Shown: piece after piece, positions 55,726-64,000 of the stretch
Position numbering within the stretch: position 1 is the first letter of the stretch
Layout: each line of letters starts with the position of its first letter
DNA from: Octopus vulgaris
Lineage: Eukaryota
Length of the DNA: 64,000 bases
Direction of reading: 5' to 3'
Assembly (NCBI GenBank): GCA_951406725.2
Contig: OX597814.1
Span: 84,878,001-84,942,000 of the forward strand
Notes under the pieces: model-generated
What the model saw: only the letters and a program-made list of their open reading frames with translations
Told to the model about the DNA's origin: nothing
Databases searched by the model: none
Made by a program: the position numbers and the translations under genes

Positions 55726-55966
55726 ATGTGTGTGTATATATATATGTATATGTGTGTGTATATATATATATGTGTGTGTATATATATATATATATGTGTG
55801 TGTATATATATATGTATATGTGTGTGTATATATATATGTATATGTGTGTGTATATATATATATGTATGTGTGTGTATATATATGTGTATGTGTGTATATA
55901 TGTATGTGTGTGTATATATATATGTATGTGTGTATATATGTATGTGTATGTATATATGTATACGCT

Positions 55967-56013
<47 letters not shown>

Positions 56014-56028
56014 ATATATATGTGTGTG

Positions 56029-56078
<50 letters not shown>

Positions 56079-56105
56079 CACTCACACCCCCCCACACATA
56101 TATAT
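55305..56105. repeat. Compound (TA)/(TG)/(CA) microsatellite
   Basis: Direct read. Confidence 0.95.
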
Positions 56106-57015
56106 TAAACTGATAAAAGTAGATATTTGACCTGGTTCTTCCTGATGATATCTTTAGTCACTGGATCCTATTAAGGAGCTGTTGAGGTAGTGAACCACGA
56201 AACGCGGTTGGAATTCCTTGGCCTAAGTTGTGGTTTTGTGTGTTTGAGTGTACACACTCACATGCACTGGAAGAAAAGTAGCATGTCAGTTAATTTTATA
56301 ATGTAGCATAAAAAAGAAAACGAAAGCAAAGTGCTTTTTATTACTTTTACAAGGCAAATGCTAGGGCAGGGTGTGCTAAAGAAAAAACTAAAGAGGAATG
56401 AACAGATATTGTTGGGAAGAATGTGACACATGGCTCTAGAGGTTGTGTGTCGCTACTGTATGTGAGAAATGAATCGCTTGTTTTATACCAGCCTGCCATA
56501 ATGTTAGTTGTAAGCTCTTTTAATTTGTACGCTGAAGAAAATTTGCTTCTCGGTTTTCTTTTCTTTTCTTTTTACTACTACAACTGCTACTGTTGTACTT
56601 GTATCTGGCTTAAATATTTAACGTTCTGAGTTCAACGCCCTTTTGCAGTTCAACCACTTCAAGGGTTGTCGACACTGCAGTTCTTTGTTTTTAGGTCTAT
56701 AAAATAAATGCAAGTCTGTGGATTGTAAGTGCTTATCACGAGATTCGATTCCTCTGTTGTGCCAATGTGTATAACAATAATAATAACTATAACAACAACA
56801 ATAACCCTTTCAGCTAAAGGCACAGGGCCAATAATTTCGGGGGAAGGGTTAAGTCGATTACATCGACTCCAGTGCTCAACTGCTACTTAATTTGTTCGAC
56901 CACTGCGTGCTTAACGATTCTGCTAGCACAATAATAATAATAATAATAATAATAGTAATAATAATAATAATAATAATAATAGTAATAGTAATAATAATAA
57001 TAATAATAATAATAG

Positions 57016-57560
57016 CAGTACCAGGCAGTGGCTCTCATGGCTTCTGATCTTAACTGATTGGAAGTGTTATCATGTACATTGTTTTGTCTTGGTATAAAAG
57101 ATGGGCTACAGCAAATATTCTGCTCAATACCACAGATTTGCTTGTCAGTTGTTTGACCTTAACCAGTTGAGCATGTCCCTTAGTGGCTGACGATATGTGC
57201 ATCTCTGATCATGAGCAGAAGTAGTGGGGGAGCATCATAGCCATGTGTTGAGAGGGATTCTTTGGGGTTCGAATAATTCATCTCTGGAAACATGGGTGGT
57301 TCTTTCAACATCCTTAAACAACCCTTATTCAGGGACCTTTTGAGCGGGATGGGCTACTCAACCTGAAGAAAATTCTAACTGGGCCCCACTTGCAAAGTCA
57401 TGTGCTGTTTATCTTGATATGAGAGCACCATGTCGCGCACATATGGTTGTGATGCATGTGCCTGGTGTACCCTTATCAGATGGGTAGTCATGATGGGTAT
57501 ATTGGGCTTCGTATATTTTACCCCAGTGTCACTTTGATGGCATGAACTGCTCTCTCACTC
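57016..57560. mobile_element. Unclassified ~545-bp interspersed element embedded in (TAA)n
   Basis: Higher-complexity block with sharp edges, flanked by (TAA)n on both sides; possibly an R4/Dong-related UTR. Confidence 0.4.
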
Positions 57561-57791
57561 AATAATAATAATAATAATAATGATGATGATTTCAAATTTT
57601 AGCACAAGGCCAGTAATTTCAGGGGAGGGGTAAATCGATTACATCAACCCCCCCCCAGTACTCAAGTAGTTGGTACTTAATTTATCGATCCTCGGAAGGC
57701 TAAGTCAATCTCGACGGAATTTGAGCCCAGAACGTAAAGACGGACGAAATGCCGTTGAGCATTTGCTCGGCGTACTAACGATTCTGAAAGC

Positions 57792-58440
57792 TTAATTGCT
57801 GCACAAGACCAATGCCTGACTACAAACAATTAAAAACAACAACAAAATAATAAAACAGGCCCCAACACTAAATGCAGAATGTGCAACCACCACAATGAGG
57901 CAGTTGACCACATTATCTCGGGCTGTTCAGTCTTTGCCAAGTCTGAATATATATACAGACACGACAAAGTAGGTAGTTGTATCCGCAGGACAATATGCTA
58001 ACATTACAACATTAAAACTGACAATCGGTGATATAAGCATGTGCCAAACAAGGTACAAGACAACGACCAGGCTACAATCATCTGGGATATGCTAGTTCAA
58101 ACCGACAAAGGAATAAAAACTAATCGCTCATTCCTAATTATCAAGGTTTGGGAAAAAGTAAAAAAGTACCTGTTTACTGATAGGCATTGCAGTCCCTTCC
58201 GATCAAAATATTGTTCAAAAAGAAGTGGAGAAATTGTTAAAGTACAATGACCTCGAAATTGAAGCAGTCAAGATGTGGGACATGAAGGCAAAAACAATAT
58301 CAATTATAATTGGAGCACTGGGCATGGAAAAAAACATAACAAAAACGTAGAAGCTATACCTGGATCCTCAGCGCTGCCCACTATCCAAGAAGAAGAAAAC
58401 AAGGCCTGCTATGAACAACCCACAAACGCAAGACATTCTA
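57792..58440 (+). mobile_element. R4/Dong-clade LINE C-terminal fragment (CCHC plus restriction-like endonuclease)
   Basis: LIAAQDQCL, CRMC...EAVDHIISGC, YIYRHDKVG, IIWD...TD, EKLLKYNDL, IIIGALG. Confidence 0.85.
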
Positions 58441-59065
58441 TATAGCAATTACCCAGTGAAATAAATTCTTACCAGCAAGCCAGTAACCAACACGTTACAC
58501 ACTCAACACACAGTACAAGCAGCAACACAACAAACGACTGGAACCAAAAAAAAAACTAACACAATATAATACCGGGAAGAGTTTGCGCACTCACAACAAC
58601 GGAAGAGAACACACAATGCTGCACACAACGCGGTGGTGTAGCAGGTGATGCAGTAGAAATTTGCCTCAAACTCTCATTGTTGAGCAATTATATCAAGCAG
58701 AGTAAAAAGTAAGCAATGTTTTGAATCATGAAGAATTTGTACCGGAGTTTTGCAGAGTTCTGAACTTTTTAAACATGTTTTTGTAATTGTCTGATAATAC
58801 AGACATAGACTTGCCCAAATGCATCAATAAATTAACATTGTTATTTTTTAAACCGTTGTTACAGTCATCTGTTTTTCTGGTTATTGGAATTGCGTTTGGA
58901 GATTTCTAAGTTAATTTGATTTATTGTTACCTGTTGCAAGACTCATTGTTATTGTTCTACTGTTGTAGCCGTGGGTGGTTGATTAACGGCTTGAACTATT
59001 GTTGTTGTTACCCTCCCCCACGGGGGAAGGATTTGTATAAACTGTGTAGAGGGAACTGATTAATT

Positions 59066-62000
59066 TTGAGTGCCACTATGGCGACAACCGCGGAAGCAGT
59101 AGCCACGCCAGCACCTATGAACTATGCCGCTGCCGTTGGTCAACAAGAGGAAATCATTACCTTGAAAAAGGCTGAAATACAACTTTTATTTGGCAAAATA
59201 ACTGAAAGCAACAGGGGAAAGTACCCCCTCTCCCCACCTGAAATAACTACCTGCAGACGGGAAAGAACCGTATTCTATAAAACGTTCTGCTTGAAAAACA
59301 AGAAAGTGAAACGGTTCAAGGAGAAAGATACAGAGGAGTGTCTCGGGTCAGTAATGAAGGATATTGCCTTCCTGACCCGGAGTAACAAATACGCAACAGT
59401 CGAAGCAAGGTTCGAGTCGGTTGAAAAGGCTAAGGAATATTCCGCTCGGACCTTGCAGAACAACAAAATGGCATAATTACCATTATATCGGGACGCAGGA
59501 CGTCCTGGGTAAAAATCATGAATATCCCTCCTGATGTTGAGGTAGCGTGGGTTGTTGCCATGAGAAGAGAAACTGGAGGTAATCCAGGTAAAAAGATGTC
59601 TCCCAGAATTGGAAGGGACAATCTTTGGAAGTCCTGGTATAGGCTACACCTGCAAATTTAGAAGAGCTTCCCGATAGAATACAGGTTGCGGAGGAGTCAG
59701 CCTTAATCATAAATGTGGAAGGGAGAAACCCTCGGTGCTTCCGGTGCGGAAGGAAGGGACACCAGAGGGCCGAGTGTGGACATCCCAAGAAAAAAGCGAA
59801 AGATGGGGAGAAGGAAGTTCTCCCCACCAACGAGGAAGCGGCAAAAGTGGTAGCCCCGGCCAAGGAGGCCATTACGCAGGGGGCTACTACCAACAGTGAG
59901 ACCAACAACGAGAAGGTGGTAGCCTTGGCCAAGGAGGCCATTACCCAAAAGGCTACCACCAGCAATAACAAAGATGAAACAAATAGTGAGAAAGTGGTAG
60001 CCTCGGCCAAGGAGGCCATTACCCAGAGGGCAACCACCAGTAAAAATGTAACCAGTGAGGAGCAGGTGGTAGCCCTGGTCCAGGAGGCCATTAACCAAGG
60101 GGCTACCACCAGCGGTGGCCCAGCAAGAGGATGGCAAAATGGAATTCCAGGTGGTTTCAAGAAAAAGACCAGAAGCAGTAACACCAGAAAAAATAAACCC
60201 CTCCGAAAAAGGGAAAAGAAAATCTCAAAGAAGGTGGCCTGAAAGGCCACTGCTGAAAAACTGATAGAAAGTAAAAGAACGACAGAATAGGTGGCCTGGT
60301 ACAGGTCACCGAACCTGTGGGGGAAAAAAACCGGAAACGGTAATGGTAGTGTTTAGAAATACCAATACTTATTTGGTGGGTGTGATTGTGCCCAACCTGC
60401 AAACAAGAATCTTCCAGAGTGATGTTGAAGAAGGAGTCCTCACTTACGGAAGAATCTCAAGGAAGTTATACAATGACATGAAAAAGATACACTCAAAAGA
60501 CATTGCGGAGCTTGGGTCACTCCAAAAAATAATCAACCTACCGGTGAACCAAGCCTGGAAGAGGGTGGTGAGGTTAACTCGGTCACCCTCCGGTATATAC
60601 TTTGAGAAAGCTAAGCCGTTTTTTCGTGTTTTTTTTTCCTTTCAGAAATGGCTACATTTAGTATAGGCTGTTTGAATGTGCGTGGCCTGGGTTCGAAGTG
60701 GAAGCAGGCTTGTTTCCTCAACGTTCTCAGGCCACATAGGATAGATGCGATGGTCGCTACAGAGACCAAGTTGGACAAGCTGCAGCCCTTCTCGTCCCTC
60801 ATGAATGGCTATGAGAAAGTCAGGTCTCGTAGCCACACAGGAAGACGTGGAGGAGCCGTAGTTTTTCTGGAAAAACTTGGCTCAGCAGAAACGTATAATC
60901 TTTGCAAACCCAGAAGGCGAGTTGGTCCTTCTGGATCTAGCATTTGGTGGTAAAATTTTCAGGTTGATTGGCATTTACGAGCCTACGACTGTAGGCAAAC
61001 GGAATGACTTTTATCGGCGCCTGGAGAATTTTCTTGCGAAGTTTAAAAAAATAGTAGTGTTAGGAGAATTTAAAGCTGTCCTCAAAGCACGTAGGGACAG
61101 CGTTGGCTCGACTAATAGGACAAGTTACTCTCGCCTTGTCGATCTGCTTAAGTGATATAGGCTGGCAGACCCATTCAGACTGGATTATCTGAGCGTTCCA
61201 ACGTGGACTTGGAGTAATAACGACGGATCAATCCGGTCTTATATAGATAGAATAATAGTTAATATTAGAGACAGGATTAGCTTTAGCTGTCCATAATTCA
61301 CCTATGTATCCTACACGGATCACAAATTAATGACGTGTAGGATGCAGATAGATAAGGTACATAGACAAGGATCTGGTTACTGGAAGTTGAACAATTCCCT
61401 TTTAGCTTGTAAAACTTACCAGGGCCAGATTAGGCTGTTAGTTCAGAGGGCATTGACCGGCACCGTGTTGAATAACCGATGATGGCTTTCCCTCAAAAGA
61501 GCCATTCGCTTAGATTTAGCAAGCAGTTAAAATCTAGAGTAGAAGAGTGTCTAATTAAGGCTTTAGAAGAGGTGTTGAGTGTGGGCTCTGCAGTCCAAGT
61601 GCTGGCGGCGAAATCGGTCCTGGACCGACACCCCAATGCTAAACACGAAGGATGCAGGGTTCGGGCTAAAATTCGCGCTTTGGGCCGTGAGGGTATCAAC
61701 GTTGCCTGGTGGGCTCGCTCTGTAGAGACTCAGCGTGGTGACGAATCCACGATAAGGTCTTTGGTTGATGAACAAGAGCGTTCGGTCCAAGGACAGGATG
61801 AGATATGTGAGGCGTTTTACGAGCACTTTGCTACGTTGTTTGCGAGGAGCGATGCCTTACGGGATTTTCTGGCCAGTGGACCGCGAATCACGGCACGTGA
61901 GGCTGAGCGCTGTGAAAAGCCGATCTCAGCTACGGAGGTCAAGGAGGTACTTTCTGAGTGCCCCGGGGATAGGTCTCCGGGACTTGATGGTTGTCTTACG

Positions 62001-62220
62001 AATTTTATAAAAGTATGCCAGACTTGTTCGGGGAAATACTGGCTGGTGTTTACACGAACTGGTAGCAGAATGGGAGTATTCCCAAATCTGTGAGCTGCGA
62101 GTTGTGACACTAGTCAGGAAAGACTCGAGCAAGGGGGATATCATTAATAATTTTCGGCCCATAACTGTTAAATACAGAATTAAAGGTGTTAGCCAAGAGA
62201 GTTAGAGTTGTCGTGGGCGA
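59066..62220 (+). mobile_element. Tx1-clade LINE: ORF1 (zinc knuckle) plus ORF2 APE and RT start, 3'-truncated, frameshifted
   Basis: CFRCGRKGHQRAEC; ORF2 from 60648 MATFSIGCLNVRGL, ETK, TWTWSN..GSIRSYIDRI, YTDHK, GSGYWKLNNSLL, SPGLDG, NFRPIT. Confidence 0.9.
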
Positions 62221-62619
62221 CCTGGTTGCTGGACGGAGGGTCCTGTTAAATTTCAACCCTTTGTGTGTACGTGTATGTGAATGCTTGTATTTGTGATTAT
62301 GTACCTTATATATAAAAACAAGGGTGTAGAGCGATCCTCACGATGGACTCGGCCGACAACCGGAACCGTCTTACATGTACCAACAGCTGTTCGATAAAGC
62401 TCCACAAGTCAGCACGTCCGACAGCACTTTCGTGCCTGTATGGCTTGTCTTGAACTGGCAGAGCTTCCCTGCTAGCACTGACAGACCAGGGATTTTTGGA
62501 AATTCCCCATAACTCCGATCCGAAAGCCTCTGGAAAAGACCAACTAATTGATTTCCTTCAGCGCCCAGAATTCTCCGGAGGACGTCGTCGCTCTTGCTAT
62601 AATAATAATAATAATAATG

Positions 62620-62655
<36 letters not shown>

Positions 62656-62989
62656 GCTACAAGGCCTGATATTTAGTGGGAAGGACCAGTCGAGCTCATC
62701 AATTCTAGTGTTCAACTGGTACTTATTTCCCCGGCCCTGAAAATATGAAAGGCGAAAATTATAATACTTGTTTCAAATTTTGGCACATGGCCAGCAATTT
62801 TAGCTGAAGAGGCGAAGTCGATTACATTGTCTCCGATTTCAAATGCCGCCGAGGTGAATTTTGCCTTTCATGTTTTCGAGGTCGATAAAATAATGTACCA
62901 GTCAATTTTGGGTTTGAATATATACTCGACTAACTATCCCCATTACTGAAAATCGAAGCCCTGTGCCTATGCTAGAAACCGTTTGCTGT

Positions 62990-63290
62990 GAATGAAATTA
63001 GCCATTCGTTCGCTGGAATTTGGAATAGAAGAACCTATAATATTTGGTGCGTTGGAAACAGTAAGCAAAGATATAGACAACTGGCCGAAGGAGTTTGGAA
63101 CACAATGCCCTGTAGAGCTGCTACAGAAAGTTTGTCTTTTAGGGATAGCAAGGATTACCAGGAGGGTTCTAAGCACATGATATACTACTGAAATCTCATG
63201 GATACCTAAGGTTACAGGTAGTAACACACTACCCTCATAAATCCTACCTGGAATAAGACCGAACCTGAGTTAAACCAAATAATAATAATA
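62990..63290 (+). mobile_element. R4/Dong-type LINE extreme 3' end with (TAA)n tail
   Basis: PIIFGALETVSK...LLQKVCLLGIARITRRVL*, then a short UTR and TAA repeats. Confidence 0.75.
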
Positions 63291-63638
63291 AACGCACCCT
63301 GAGAGCGCAAACCTCCGCCAATGCAACATCAACGTCTTTTCAACGATTAGCCAGAGATGATTTTTAAAATGAGAATATCTGAAATAAACTCGACTGCTCT
63401 CACAAACGAGAATACTGAAAATGAATCCGATCACTCTCAAAAAATTGTAAAAAAGAAAAACCGGAAAAATAATCCAGAATCCTTGTCCGGTACCGGATCG
63501 ATCCCCAAATCTAATCAGTTCATGTCAGTCACGAAAGTTTCATCCGAATCCATCCAGTAGTTCTTGAGATAGCTTGTGCACGGACAAACAAACACGACTG
63601 AAAACAATACCTCCGCCTTAGCGAAGGCAGAGGTAATA
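63291..63638 (-). mobile_element. Helentron-associated (HINE/DINE-like) non-autonomous element
   Basis: Minus strand starts TTACCTCTGCCTTCGCTAAGGCGGAGGT followed by GTTT repeats, and ends TTGGCGGAGGTTT-GCGCTCTCAGGGTGC hairpin. Confidence 0.65.
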
Positions 63639-64000
63639 ATGATTTCTTTTATTTGCGACCAGAGGTGGAGGGCAATACAATCAATAATAATAATGATTTT
63701 ACTGTATTTGCCACATTCAGTCATGCACAACATGTTACGGGAAAAGGTGGCGGTTACAAAACGTGGAGATGGTATGGGTACTAGCAGGGGCTCAGAGATC
63801 GTTGTAGTAGCGTCACAAGAACAGTAAGAAAGCGAGACTGAATTAGAGGTTGCAGTGTGTTTGTTACTGTTTCAGTTTAGTTAATGTCAGCAGTTAGTTA
63901 CACTCAGTATTGAAGAGGGTTTTAAACTTAAATTAATAAAATAAAATAAAATTTAAGAAAAGCCATATTTATCTTTCGCCTGTTATCTTCTTTTTTTTTT

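Noticed and set aside
56135-56215. CTGATGA...GAAACGCGGTT hammerhead
   Set aside because: The stem II base does not pair and stem I is weak; at best a relic, so not listed as a feature.

Overview
AT-rich, repeat-saturated animal DNA; the SINE/LINE families and microsatellite load suggest a coleoid cephalopod (Octopus-like), which is inference only. I could not identify any host protein-coding exon, and most long ORFs in the track are translated microsatellites. The window is a mosaic of decayed elements: Ty3/Gypsy pol, Penelope-like elements (Naiad- and Neptune-type), RTE, CRE-like, Tx1, R4/Dong, Hero-like and CR1 LINE pieces, Tc1, hAT, MITEs, Helitron/Helentron pieces and tRNA-derived SINEs. 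Three things stand out. (1) About a dozen type I hammerhead ribozyme motifs, eight well-formed and the rest decayed, in several unrelated non-coding elements, mostly next to (TA)n tracts. (2) One of these is a 2.2-copy array of a highly structured 365-bp unit resembling a non-LTR retrozyme (29191-29992); another folds back within about 1 nt of its predicted self-cleavage site (31823-32833). (3) A 6.9-kb near-perfect palindrome (3703-10579) centred on a Naiad-type Penelope element. All pairings and alignments were done by eye, and boundaries are approximate.
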